A stretch of 61,172 nucleotides of DNA, counting the filler. It is 4 parts of 4 records of this genome, joined end to end, with 100 filler letters (N's around TTAATTAATTAA, not from the genome) between each part and the next. Parts side by side here need not be neighbours in the genome. Positions count along the whole stretch, not along the records: positions 1 to 14,199 come from SRR22947727_477; 3 more parts are not named here. One strand, 5' to 3'. A program made the position numbers and the translations under genes. A model generated the notes under the pieces. The model saw only the letters and a list, made by a program, of their open reading frames with translations. It did not search any database and was not told the DNA's origin. Within the stretch, counting starts at the first letter, position 1. Every line of letters begins with the position of its first letter. Shown in pieces: positions 1 through 9,725 of this stretch.

Positions 1-191
1 CTAAAAATCCTGATTTTAAATTATTAGATTCATTAATTAATAAATTTAAAGTTCCTATAATAGCTGAGGGAAGGTTTAATACTCCGGCTTTATTTAAAAA
101 AGCTATCGATGCAGGGGCTCATTCAGTAGTAGTTGGAACTGCATTAAATAGGATTGAGCTAATAACGAGATCATTTTTAGATGAAAAATAA
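1..191 (+). CDS. nanE: N-acetylmannosamine-6-phosphate 2-epimerase, C-terminal part (5'-truncated by window edge; missing from ORF track)
   Basis: Frame from nt 3 reads KNPDFKLL...VPIIAEGRFNTP...AIDAGAHSVVVGTALNR...LDEK*; IAEGR and VVVGTA are NanE motifs; adjacent to a ROK kinase and nagA. Confidence 0.85.
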   Translation, partial: KNPDFKLLDSLINKFKVPIIAEGRFNTPALFKKAIDAGAHSVVVGTALNRIELITRSFLDEK

Positions 192-1065
192 AAAAAAATA
201 TATTGTTGCCGTTGATATAGGGGGGACAAAAATAAATATTGGATATTTTAATAATAATAAATTAATCAAAGTTATTAAACTTCCAACTAAAAAATATGGC
301 CCTGATAATATTTATATAATTTCTCAAATTTTAAATAACTCTAAAATAAATATTTCAGCAATTTGCTTGTCACTTACAGGTTTAATAAACAATGAAGGGT
401 TATGGAATCCCATTAATAAAATAACCTTAGGTGATTTTAAAAATTTTCCGGTAATTAAAACTTTAAAAAATATATTCCATATTCCTATTTATGCTCTTGG
501 AGATACGCAGGCTGCTGCTTTAGGGGAAATGTATTATGGGAGTGGTAAAAGTTTAGAAAATTTTTTTTATTTAACCATTTCTACAGGAATTGGAGGTAGT
601 ATTATTCAAAAAAAAAACTTATTTGATGGCAAAGTGTCAGATATTGGATCAATTGGACATAGTGTTATAAAATATAATGGTAGGTTATGTGGCTGTGGCA
701 AAAGAGGATGTTTAGAAGCATACTCTTCTGGAAATGCCCTAACAAGAAGAAACAAAATAAAAAAATGCCAAAATACTAAAGATCTTCTAACAATATTTAA
801 AAATAACTCACAAACCAAAAAAATAGTAAATGAAGCAGCATCAATGATAGTTCAAAGTATAAATAACGTTAACGTATTAATAAGAATAAATTATTTTATA
901 ATTGGAGGAAGTGTTGGTTTAAATTCGTATTTTTACACAACAATTTTAGAGAAATTAAAAAAAATTCAATCTCCTATTAGGATTAAAAAAGCAAAATTAC
1001 GATCCAAAGCTGAATTATTTGGATGTTTTGTGTATATAAACAAAAAACTTTTTTTAAAAAAATGA
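181..1065 (+). CDS. nanK: ROK-family sugar kinase, probable ManNAc/GlcNAc kinase
   Basis: VDIGGTK ATP motif, ISTGIGG, GH..CGCGKRGCLEAYSSG zinc motif; lies between nanE and nagA. Confidence 0.75.
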   Translation: MKNKKKYIVAVDIGGTKINIGYFNNNKLIKVIKLPTKKYGPDNIYIISQILNNSKINISAICLSLTGLINNEGLWNPINKITLGDFKNFPVIKTLKNIFHIPIYALGDTQAAALGEMYYGSGKSLENFFYLTISTGIGGSIIQKKNLFDGKVSDIGSIGHSVIKYNGRLCGCGKRGCLEAYSSGNALTRRNKIKKCQNTKDLLTIFKNNSQTKKIVNEAASMIVQSINNVNVLIRINYFIIGGSVGLNSYFYTTILEKLKKIQSPIRIKKAKLRSKAELFGCFVYINKKLFLKK

Positions 1066-2153
1066 CAAGTTCAAATAAAATTTCAGGAAAAATTATTAAC
1101 TATAATGATTCCTATTCAGGGGAAATAATATTTGATGAAAATATTATCAATATAAATAAAATAGAAGATAAAAATTCTAAAAATTATATTATCCCAGGCT
1201 TTGTAGATTTACATTGTCATGGTGGCGGTGGCTTTGACACTATGGATGGAGTGCAAGCCATACAAAAAATGTCATCATATCACTTGTCAAAAGGAACCAC
1301 TTCACTTTTAGCAACTACTTGGACAAGCTCTTTTGAGCATACTTATAATGCATTAAAAGATTTTAATTCATTAATGGATATCAATACGAATTTAATAGGC
1401 GTTCATCTTGAAGGCCCTTTCATTAATCCTGAAAAACTAGGAGCCCAACCGGCTTTAGCAACCAAACCTTCAATTGATTTTATAAAAAAAATTAATGAAA
1501 TTGCTGAAATTAAAACAATTACTTTAGCTCCTGAAATAGAAGGTATGGAAAAATTCATATCTTTTTTAAAAGATCAGAATATAAATATTCAGTTTGGTCA
1601 TACACTTGCTGATAGCAAAACATGTGAACTGTATATGAGTTCTCATGATGTTAGTTTTACTCACTTATATAATGCGATGTCAGACAATAATCATAGAAAC
1701 CCTGGTGCTCTTTCAGCTGCCTTAAATAATAGTAAGTTTGCTGAAATTATTTGTGATTTGAACCATGTAAGTGAAGAAGCTATTTTGATTGCTAAAAAAT
1801 GCATTCCTGATCTATACGCTATTACTGATTCAATTGCGGCTTCAGGTATGAAAGATGGTGTTTATAGTTTTGCAAATGTCGAGATTGAAAAGAAGAATAA
1901 TAAAGTATACCTAAGTGGAACCAATACGCTTGCAGGTAGTGTTGTTAACATGCATGATACTTTTTTAAATTTGTTAAAAATGAAAATTTCAATTCAGGAT
2001 GCTGTTAGAATGACAAGTTATTCAGCTTCTAAGTTTCTAAAAAAAGAAGATATAGGATTGATTGATAATGGAAAAAAAGCAAATTTTTTAATCTTAGATC
2101 ATGACTTTAATATCAAAAGTATTTATTTAAATGGAAAGCTAATAAATGGTTAA
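1062..2153 (+). CDS. nagA: N-acetylglucosamine-6-phosphate deacetylase
   Basis: PGFVDLHCHG, HLEGPF, TLAPE, THLYNAM, ITD, LAGS motifs; likely start is ATG 1062 (ATGA overlap with the nanK stop) rather than 1023. Confidence 0.93.
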   Translation: MTSSNKISGKIINYNDSYSGEIIFDENIININKIEDKNSKNYIIPGFVDLHCHGGGGFDTMDGVQAIQKMSSYHLSKGTTSLLATTWTSSFEHTYNALKDFNSLMDINTNLIGVHLEGPFINPEKLGAQPALATKPSIDFIKKINEIAEIKTITLAPEIEGMEKFISFLKDQNINIQFGHTLADSKTCELYMSSHDVSFTHLYNAMSDNNHRNPGALSAALNNSKFAEIICDLNHVSEEAILIAKKCIPDLYAITDSIAASGMKDGVYSFANVEIEKKNNKVYLSGTNTLAGSVVNMHDTFLNLLKMKISIQDAVRMTSYSASKFLKKEDIGLIDNGKKANFLILDHDFNIKSIYLNGKLING

Positions 2154-3168
2154 CTCTTTAGTTTTAGAGGAAGCCTTAAGCATTCCAACTATAATAGATC
2201 AATTTTCTAATATTGATGACAATCCGTATGATAGTATTGCGCAACTAATAAATCAAAAAAAAATAAAATATGTTGTTACTATTGCTAGGGGAACATCAGA
2301 TTGTGCAGCATTGTATAGTTCCTATATTTTTGCTAAGCATTTAGGTCTCCCAACTTACAGTATGCCCCCCTCAATTATTACTCTGGAACAATCTAAGTTT
2401 GATTTTTCAGAAGCTTTGGTAATAGTTATTTCACAATCAGGAAAAAGTACAGATTTAGTAGAATGTGAGAGAAAGTCTAGATTAATGGGTGCTAAGACAA
2501 TTATCATAACAAATAATGAAGATAGTCCAATAATTAATGATGCAAATTATTTCTTAAATATGTTTGCTGGAGAAGAAAAAAGTGTTGCAGCAACTAAAAC
2601 GTTTACTCAAACATTATTGGTTTTAATAAAGTTGATTTTTATATGCTTAGGTAAAAAACATATTAATGATGATATAAAAAAATTGTGTGAAATTATAGTT
2701 AATGACTCAAATAATGAATGGAAAACAGATATAATTGATAAATATATAAACACTGGTTTTATAATAGGTAGAGGGGTTGGATTTGCTCTTTCTAACGAGA
2801 TATCACTTAAATTTAAAGAGCTATGCCAAGAAATGATTGAACCCTTTAGTAGTGCTGAAGTAATGCATGGCCCAAAAAGCTTAATTGAAAATTCTTTTAA
2901 ATTATTTCTTTTAGGTATGAACGATAAGAGTGGCATAACTGTAAATAAGGACACTTATGAACTAAAAAATTATACTAATTTAATTTATGAAATGTCTTCT
3001 AATGAAAATTTAAAATCCGATTTTTTTTATCCATCCAATAAAATTGCAGAACTAGACTCAGTTATTTTAATGTCTAAGTTTTATCCATGGATAATCCGTT
3101 ACACAATTATAAAGGGTTTAAATCCTGATGAGCCACGTTATTTAACAAAAGTAACACAAACTTTTTAA
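2146..3168 (+). CDS. SIS-domain glucosamine-6-phosphate deaminase (NagB-II type)
   Basis: ARGTSD, SQSGKS, SVAATK, LKFKE, SSAEVMHGP, L-T-KVT C-terminus of GlmS-like SIS proteins; no glutaminase domain; follows nagA. Confidence 0.85.
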   Translation: MVNSLVLEEALSIPTIIDQFSNIDDNPYDSIAQLINQKKIKYVVTIARGTSDCAALYSSYIFAKHLGLPTYSMPPSIITLEQSKFDFSEALVIVISQSGKSTDLVECERKSRLMGAKTIIITNNEDSPIINDANYFLNMFAGEEKSVAATKTFTQTLLVLIKLIFICLGKKHINDDIKKLCEIIVNDSNNEWKTDIIDKYINTGFIIGRGVGFALSNEISLKFKELCQEMIEPFSSAEVMHGPKSLIENSFKLFLLGMNDKSGITVNKDTYELKNYTNLIYEMSSNENLKSDFFYPSNKIAELDSVILMSKFYPWIIRYTIIKGLNPDEPRYLTKVTQTF

Positions 3169-3171
3169 TTT

Positions 3172-4788
3172 TTGGATAATTTTGATTTAGTTATAGTAGG
3201 TGCTGGCTCTGCAGGATGTATTGTTGCAAACAATATAATAAATAATACAAATTATAAAGTATTGTTAATTGAGGCTGGGCCAAGTGATAATAATCCCGCT
3301 ATTCAAGTTCCCCTGGGATATGGAATGACTTTTTACCATAAGACTATGAATTGGAATTTTTATTCTAAAACTCAAACTGGTCTTAATAATAGAGAGATTT
3401 ATTATCCGCGTGGAAAAGTGATTGGAGGATCTGGGTCAATCAATGCTATGATTTATGCTCGTGGATTGAAATCAGATTATGAGAATTGGAACTTAAATTC
3501 AAAGTGGTCATGGGAAAATATCAAATCTACATTTAATGAGTTAGAGTACGCTGTTAACGAAGAGCAAAATGAATTACCAATAAATAAAATTCCTGTTAAT
3601 GATGTAAGTTCTCAACACCATCCAATTCTTGATAATTTTTTTAAAGCAGCTAAAGAATTTAATTTTGATTTTAATAAACAACTAAAAAGTACAACTGAAA
3701 ATCAAGTAGGTCATTATAATGTTAATACTTATAAGGGTTTTAGAAATTCATCAGCTAAGTCTTTTTTAAAACCAATTAAAAACAATCCTCATTTAACTAT
3801 TTTAACAAAAACAGAAGTCTTAAAATTAAATTTTAAAAATAACAAAATTTCTAGTTTAAATATAAAACATAAAGGCAAAATCTTAGAGGTAAAACCTAAA
3901 ATAGGCACTATTCTCTCTAGTGGTTCAATAATGACGCCTTACTTATTATTAAAATCAGGTATAGGTAATCCAGCTGATTTAAATAAATTTAACATTCCTG
4001 TTGTGTTAAATAGTCCTCATGTTGGTAAAAACTTTCAAGATCATTTAGGTCTAGATTATCTATATAAAACATATTTTCCAACTCTAAATAAAGATCTTGG
4101 AACTTGGGGTGGAAGAGTAAGGTCATTTTTACAATATGTTTATAATAGAAAAGGCCCACTTTCTTTAAGCCTCAATCAAGGAGGTGGGTATGTTAATTGG
4201 AAATCTCTTGATACGTATCCTAATATCCAATTGTATTTTAATCCTCTTACTTATTCAGTATCTTTTAAAAATAAAAGACCGTTACTTAATACTGATAAAT
4301 TTAATGGATTTATAATAGGTTTTAATTCTTGTAGGCCTAAAAGTCTTGGTGAGGTAAATTTAAAAAAGGTAGATAATGATTATATGCCTAGCATTGACCC
4401 TAGATACCTTTCAGACGAAAGAGACATTCATGATTTATATTCAACATTTGATTTTATTAAAAAGTTTTCTTTAAATAAAAATATTACTAATATTATTAAA
4501 TCTCCAGTTAATATTGATCCAATTAAACTTAGTGATAATGAGTTACTTGATCACTTTAAATCTAATGCAACTACTATTTATCACCCATGTGGAACGTGCC
4601 GCATGAGTAAAGAAGTTAATACAGGTGTTGTGTCAGAAAAACTAAAAGTTCATGGCCTTGATAACTTATGGGTAGTTGATGCATCTATAATGCCAAATAT
4701 TACATCAGGAAATATTAATGCTCCCGTTATGATGCTTTCACATTTATCTAGCAAAATTATTATAGAAGATTTAAAACAACAATATTAA
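3172..4788 (+). CDS. GMC-family FAD oxidoreductase (choline dehydrogenase-like)
   Basis: VGAGSAG, RGKVIGGSGSINAM, YHPCGTC, VVDASIMP..SGN.NAP; TTG start. Confidence 0.9.
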   Translation: MDNFDLVIVGAGSAGCIVANNIINNTNYKVLLIEAGPSDNNPAIQVPLGYGMTFYHKTMNWNFYSKTQTGLNNREIYYPRGKVIGGSGSINAMIYARGLKSDYENWNLNSKWSWENIKSTFNELEYAVNEEQNELPINKIPVNDVSSQHHPILDNFFKAAKEFNFDFNKQLKSTTENQVGHYNVNTYKGFRNSSAKSFLKPIKNNPHLTILTKTEVLKLNFKNNKISSLNIKHKGKILEVKPKIGTILSSGSIMTPYLLLKSGIGNPADLNKFNIPVVLNSPHVGKNFQDHLGLDYLYKTYFPTLNKDLGTWGGRVRSFLQYVYNRKGPLSLSLNQGGGYVNWKSLDTYPNIQLYFNPLTYSVSFKNKRPLLNTDKFNGFIIGFNSCRPKSLGEVNLKKVDNDYMPSIDPRYLSDERDIHDLYSTFDFIKKFSLNKNITNIIKSPVNIDPIKLSDNELLDHFKSNATTIYHPCGTCRMSKEVNTGVVSEKLKVHGLDNLWVVDASIMPNITSGNINAPVMMLSHLSSKIIIEDLKQQY

Positions 4789-5891
4789 TGAAGATTAAAA
4801 AACTAGAAACTTTTACTAAGCCTTATGTTAGTTTTCTAAAAACTACATTAGAAGATGGGTCTCAAGGCTTTGGTCAAATGTCGACATATCATGCAGATAT
4901 TACAGCGCAGATATTTCATAAACAAGTAGCACCTTGGGTTTTAGATAAATCATGGGAAGACTTTAATGATATTGAGAATTTAGTATTAGAGAAAGAGCAT
5001 AAATTTCCTGGTTCATATTTGTTAAGAGCAATAGCTGGTTTGGATACGTCTCTATGGGACTTAAAAGGTAAATTAGAAGATCAATCTGTAACAGAGTTAA
5101 TTGGAGGAACTACAGGCCCCCTTAATGTGTATGGTTCTTCTATGAAAAGAGATATTAGCGCTATTGATGAAGCTGAGCGTTTTAAAAAGCTATTTCAAGA
5201 AAAAGGAATTAATGCTTTTAAATTCAGGATTGGAGCTGAATGTGGCAGAGGATTAGATGAATGGGAAGGTAGAACTGAAGATATTGTAAAAACAATCAAT
5301 AAATCACTTGATAGTTCTGTAATAAAATTAGTTGATGCAAACAGTTGCTATTCAGCAACTCAGGCTATTGAAATAGGAAAACTTTTAGAGGATCATAATG
5401 TAACACATTTTGAAGAACCTTGCCCTTATTGGGAGCCTGAGCAAACAAAAGAAGTTACAGATGCACTTACAATTGATGTTACTGGTGGTGAGCAAGACTG
5501 TGATATTAGGATATGGAAAGATATGGTTGAAAGAAAGATTGTAAATATTTATCAACCTGACGTTATGTATTTAGGCGGACTTACAAGAACTTTGCAAGTT
5601 GCAAAAATAATAGAGGAGGGTGGATATGTATGCACACCTCATGCGGCAAACTTATCATTAGTTACAATGTGCACTATGCACTTGTTAAAAGCTATACCTA
5701 ATGCTGGGCCATACTTAGAGCTTTCTATTGAAGGTGAAGATTATTATCCGTGGCAACAAGATTTATTTTTAGATAATCCTTTTAAAATAGAAAATGGTTG
5801 CGTTACTGTTACTGATAAGCCTGGCTGGGGCATAGATATTAACCCAGAGTGGTTAAATAATTCAGATTATCAAGTTTCAGACATTAATTAA
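4788..5891 (+). CDS. Mandelate racemase/muconate lactonizing enzyme (enolase superfamily) protein
   Basis: LDTSLWDLKGK, FKFR, VDAN, FEEP, GGEQ, QPD, PH motifs; TAATG coupling to the GMC gene. Confidence 0.88.
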   Translation: MKIKKLETFTKPYVSFLKTTLEDGSQGFGQMSTYHADITAQIFHKQVAPWVLDKSWEDFNDIENLVLEKEHKFPGSYLLRAIAGLDTSLWDLKGKLEDQSVTELIGGTTGPLNVYGSSMKRDISAIDEAERFKKLFQEKGINAFKFRIGAECGRGLDEWEGRTEDIVKTINKSLDSSVIKLVDANSCYSATQAIEIGKLLEDHNVTHFEEPCPYWEPEQTKEVTDALTIDVTGGEQDCDIRIWKDMVERKIVNIYQPDVMYLGGLTRTLQVAKIIEEGGYVCTPHAANLSLVTMCTMHLLKAIPNAGPYLELSIEGEDYYPWQQDLFLDNPFKIENGCVTVTDKPGWGIDINPEWLNNSDYQVSDIN

Positions 5892-5931
5892 AATTTTCTA
5901 ATTGTTGAGAATATATTGCTAGTTGTGTAAG

Positions 5932-6714
5932 CTAGAATAAAAACTTATTTAACTTTTCATTTACAATATCTGACTGCTCAACAGTAGCTCCGTGTTTTGC
6001 GTTTTTAATGATATATAAATCACTATTTTTGATTTCCTTACTAATTCCCTCACTCATGAGAGGAGTTGAGCCAACTTCATTTTCTCCAGTCATAATTAAC
6101 GTTGGCATTTTGAAGTTAGTATAATCAATATGATATTGATCAGAATTTACAAATAATTTGTAAGCAGGTAAAAAATCATTATCTTTTTTTTTCTCTAAAA
6201 GATTATAAAAAAAATCATAAACTTGAGGATGATTTTTTAGATAATTTTCTGAAAACCATCTATTGATTGAATTAACAGTTATACTTGCTCCATTAACAGC
6301 TTCCTCATATCTCTTTTGTACTATTTCAATTTGTTTATCTGATCTTTTATAAACACTTCCCATTAAAACTAATTTATTTACTTTATTATAAAATTTATTG
6401 GTAAAATGCTGAGCAATAAGTGCTCCAATTGAAAACCCAACAATATTAATTTTTTCTATTTTTAAATCTTCAATTAAATTTAATAATTGATTGCTATAAA
6501 TATCGAAGCTAAGCTCTTTAAAATCTCCATTTGATTGTCCATGATTAAGGAGATCATAAAATAAAACTGATTCATGATTAAAGTATTCTTTTTGAGGAAA
6601 CCACATTGTGTTGTCCAATCCAACTCCATGAATAAAAATAGTCATTAGGGAAGAGTTTAATATTCTAAATTCATAATAATTTCCGTGAGAATCAATTTTA
6701 TTTTTTAGAATCAT
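5932..6714 (-). CDS. Alpha/beta hydrolase (TgnD / enol-lactonase-like)
   Basis: IHGVG, GFSIG nucleophile elbow, VYKRS, RWF, TGENEVGST, C-terminal His. Confidence 0.85.
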   Translation of the reverse strand: MILKNKIDSHGNYYEFRILNSSLMTIFIHGVGLDNTMWFPQKEYFNHESVLFYDLLNHGQSNGDFKELSFDIYSNQLLNLIEDLKIEKINIVGFSIGALIAQHFTNKFYNKVNKLVLMGSVYKRSDKQIEIVQKRYEEAVNGASITVNSINRWFSENYLKNHPQVYDFFYNLLEKKKDNDFLPAYKLFVNSDQYHIDYTNFKMPTLIMTGENEVGSTPLMSEGISKEIKNSDLYIIKNAKHGATVEQSDIVNEKLNKFLF

Positions 6715-8405
6715 TTAGTTCGATGCTTAAAAGAATCTTTCCTAAAACTGTAGAGTGCTTTAGGATCTACTTCGACATTGATTACAGCAGGCTTATTACA
6801 AACTAATGCATCAGTAATAGCTTTATTAAAATTTTTTAATTCAGTAACGTAATATCCTTTGGCCCCATATATTTCAGCCAGTTCATGAAAAGGAGGACTG
6901 TTTATATCTGCTCCAATATAACGTTCATCGTAAAAATCTCTTTGATAAGCTTTTTCTGCTCCCCATGATTTGTTATTCATTACAATTGTAATAGTGTTAA
7001 TATTATGATGAACTGCAGTTGATAATTCAGATACTGTCATTCCAAACCCCCCATCTCCCATTAGGCTAAATACAGTTGAGTTTGGTTTGGCTAGCTTTAC
7101 ACCAAGACCTGCTGCAAATGAAAAGCCGACTAATCCAAAATCTAATGGAGTAAAAAGAGATTTAGGTTCAAAAAAATTAAACTCATCTGTTGCTTGAAGA
7201 CATAAAGTGCCAGCATCAAGAGTGATTGATGAATTTTTTGGCATTATGTCTCTTAATTCTTTAAACAAACCAGACGGTTGAATGATTTTTGAATTTACAT
7301 CAGCATTCTCGTCTCTTTTTTTATAATAATTTGATTTCTCTCTCACAAAATTTTGAACCCAGTCTTCATTACTATTATTAAAAACTTTATTTTTAGTTTC
7401 AGCAATTAAGTTGTCTAAAAATATTTTAACATCATTTTGAATGCCTACTTCAACTGGAAAATAACGACCAATAGCAATAGGATCAATATCAACTTGAACA
7501 ATTTTTGCAATTTCAGAAATATTATCATAAGAGTAAAAAGTTGAATTAAAACCAAGTCTTGTTCCAATTGCTAAAATTAAATCAGCATTTTTTACGAGAG
7601 TTGACGCAATTTTATTGCCTCGTGGTCCCATTTGCCCACCATATAGTTCGTACTCAGAAGAAATAACATCACCATGACCTGCAGAGGAGACAATAGGAAT
7701 ATTTAGTTTTTTAGAAAGTAATATTGCCTCATTATGAGTTTTAGAATGTTTAACTCCTGCGCCACAAATAATTACTGGTTTTGATGAATGTTCAATTAAT
7801 GAAATAATTTTTTTTAAATCATTTTCATTAATTTTTTTGTTATCAATGTTAATTTGAGTCTTAAATGAATTAAAGCTCTCAGAACCAGCAAGTACATCAC
7901 GAGGTAAATTTATATGAACAGGCCCCCACTTTCCATGAGTGGAAAGATTTAAAGCATTATTCAATTCTTCTGCAATAGAGGCAGTATCTTTAATTGAAAA
8001 TGTTTTCTTTGTTATAGGTTCAAATAGTTTTTGTTGATCAACTTCTTGAAAAGCATCTTTTCCTTGATGTTCTGTTGCAATTGCACCTGCTATTGATACC
8101 AAAGGAGAAAAAGCAGCTTTTGCTTGAGCCACACCAGTTACAAGGTTTGTGGCACCTGGACCATTTTGACCAGCAATTATCACGCCATGACTTCCTGATG
8201 CTCTTGCAAATGCATCAGCTATATGAGTGCCTGTTCTTTCATCTCTTACATCAATGAATGTAATACTTTTTTCATCATATAGGGCATCAAATAATTCCAT
8301 TGTTGCAGATCCTATTAGACCAAAAACATACTTAACATTATGGGCCTTTAGGCATTCGACAACAGCCTTACCTCCCGAAATAGGGAGGTTTTTTTCATTA
8401 TTCAT
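6711..8405 (-). CDS. Thiamine-pyrophosphate-dependent enzyme, sulfoacetaldehyde acetyltransferase (Xsc)-like / ALS family
   Basis: FGLIGSA, QNGPG, FQEVDQ, GDGGF..NN TPP motif, WGAEK (Xsc-like). Confidence 0.8.
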   Translation of the reverse strand: MNNEKNLPISGGKAVVECLKAHNVKYVFGLIGSATMELFDALYDEKSITFIDVRDERTGTHIADAFARASGSHGVIIAGQNGPGATNLVTGVAQAKAAFSPLVSIAGAIATEHQGKDAFQEVDQQKLFEPITKKTFSIKDTASIAEELNNALNLSTHGKWGPVHINLPRDVLAGSESFNSFKTQINIDNKKINENDLKKIISLIEHSSKPVIICGAGVKHSKTHNEAILLSKKLNIPIVSSAGHGDVISSEYELYGGQMGPRGNKIASTLVKNADLILAIGTRLGFNSTFYSYDNISEIAKIVQVDIDPIAIGRYFPVEVGIQNDVKIFLDNLIAETKNKVFNNSNEDWVQNFVREKSNYYKKRDENADVNSKIIQPSGLFKELRDIMPKNSSITLDAGTLCLQATDEFNFFEPKSLFTPLDFGLVGFSFAAGLGVKLAKPNSTVFSLMGDGGFGMTVSELSTAVHHNINTITIVMNNKSWGAEKAYQRDFYDERYIGADINSPPFHELAEIYGAKGYYVTELKNFNKAITDALVCNKPAVINVEVDPKALYSFRKDSFKHRTK

Positions 8406-9577
8406 TATGAAGCTGCTTTAATCTTATTTTTTGTTCTATTTTTAAAATGGGGAATTATTTTTTCAGTAAATAATTTTATACTCTTCATACAATCTTCATG
8501 TTTTACACCAGGAAAATTAGACCATACTTTTAAATTTTGTAAGTTTAATTCTGATTCCATTTCTTCAATTTTATTAATTATATAATCAACTGTTCCAAAA
8601 AGCATATTTCTTTCGTGTAAGAAATCATAAGAAAGTAAATCTAATTTATGGTCTGTTTTAGGAAGTTCCTCGCCTGGGTTCATATGTGTACCAAGTCCTC
8701 TCCAATGACAAACCCATCGCATATAATTAACCATTTGTTCACCAGCTTTTTCTTTTGCCTCCTCCATACTATTTGCAACAAACATATCTCTTACAACACT
8801 TATGCCCTCACCTAATTCTACATGACGTTTTTCTTTTTCAGTTTTTGCTTGTTGATAAATTTCAAAACGTTTTTTAAGAGATTGAACAGTTGGTATCCAC
8901 ATAATAATACTGATATCATTTTTTGCTGCCCACTCAATTGAGCTAGGACTATCAACAACTTGCCATAAAGGTGGATGTGGTTTTTGTACTGGCTGAGGGA
9001 CAATACTTATTTTTTCAAGAATTTTTGTATCTAAGTTCATAAATTCTGAGTCTGGTGGACTCATATCATGTTCCCATTCAAAATTTGGAGCAGGATAAGT
9101 ATAAAACTCTCCTTGATGATTAAAGAATTTTTCAGTCCATGCTTTTTTAATAATTGTTAAGGTTTCTTCAAATAATCTAAAATTTTTAGCCTGATCCTTC
9201 ATATCAGCATCGGCATTCATATTTAATGCTTCTCTGCCGTAAATGCCTCGTCCAACACCAGCCTCAACTCTCCCATTAGATAATTGATCTAATAAAGCAA
9301 TATCTTCAGCGGCACGAATTGGATTCCAAAAAGTTATTATAGAAGCCGCTTGTCCAATTCTAATATTTTTAGTTCTAGCAGCAATGTCTGAACTTAATAA
9401 AATAGGATTAGGACAAATTTCCATACCTTCATGACTAAAATGATGTTCAGAAAACCAAATAGAGTCCCAATCATTCTGATCACAATATGTTGCAATCTCT
9501 CTAATCTCTTCTAAGATTTGATTATAAGTTTTTTTATTGCCCCAATTAGTTGAGTTACAGAAATAGCCTATTTTCAT
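8405..9577 (-). CDS. LLM-class (luciferase-like) flavin-dependent monooxygenase
   Basis: WFSEHHF, P.R.AEDIALLDQLSNGR..G.GRG, P.P.QKPHPP; likely start is ATG 9577 (MKIGYF) with GGAGG SD at 9582-9586. Confidence 0.9.
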   Translation of the reverse strand: MKIGYFCNSTNWGNKKTYNQILEEIREIATYCDQNDWDSIWFSEHHFSHEGMEICPNPILLSSDIAARTKNIRIGQAASIITFWNPIRAAEDIALLDQLSNGRVEAGVGRGIYGREALNMNADADMKDQAKNFRLFEETLTIIKKAWTEKFFNHQGEFYTYPAPNFEWEHDMSPPDSEFMNLDTKILEKISIVPQPVQKPHPPLWQVVDSPSSIEWAAKNDISIIMWIPTVQSLKKRFEIYQQAKTEKEKRHVELGEGISVVRDMFVANSMEEAKEKAGEQMVNYMRWVCHWRGLGTHMNPGEELPKTDHKLDLLSYDFLHERNMLFGTVDYIINKIEEMESELNLQNLKVWSNFPGVKHEDCMKSIKLFTEKIIPHFKNRTKNKIKAAS

Positions 9578-9660
9578 TTTACCTCCCACTTATGAAGGCG
9601 ACCTATCCCACTTCCGTATGTAGACGACGAGTTATGTATCGCTGTGTAATTGGTATTATA
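9578..9660 (-). promoter_or_regulatory. GC-rich structured 5' leader of the LLM operon (candidate RNA switch or tandem operator)
   Basis: Locally GC-rich; duplicated AAGTGGGA; CCTTC can pair with SD GGAGG; GCGAT/GTCGC stem; TATAAT upstream. Confidence 0.35.
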
Positions 9661-9725
9661 TATTCAAATAATTTCAATAAAAAAAGTCCAAATTCTAAAA
9701 AAACGTGTAAAAAACAAGTTAATTT

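Noticed and set aside
1-3168. Functional link between the host nan operon and the phage sialyltransferase-like gene
   Set aside because: Different contigs with very different composition, and the nan genes are catabolic and do not make CMP-sugar donors; co-occurrence may be accidental.
9590-9645. Identification as a glutamine (glnA) or guanidine-II riboswitch (ACGGAAGT and ACGA-like words)
   Set aside because: The required P1 stem or twin ACGR hairpins are not present on the coding strand; kept only as an unassigned candidate leader.
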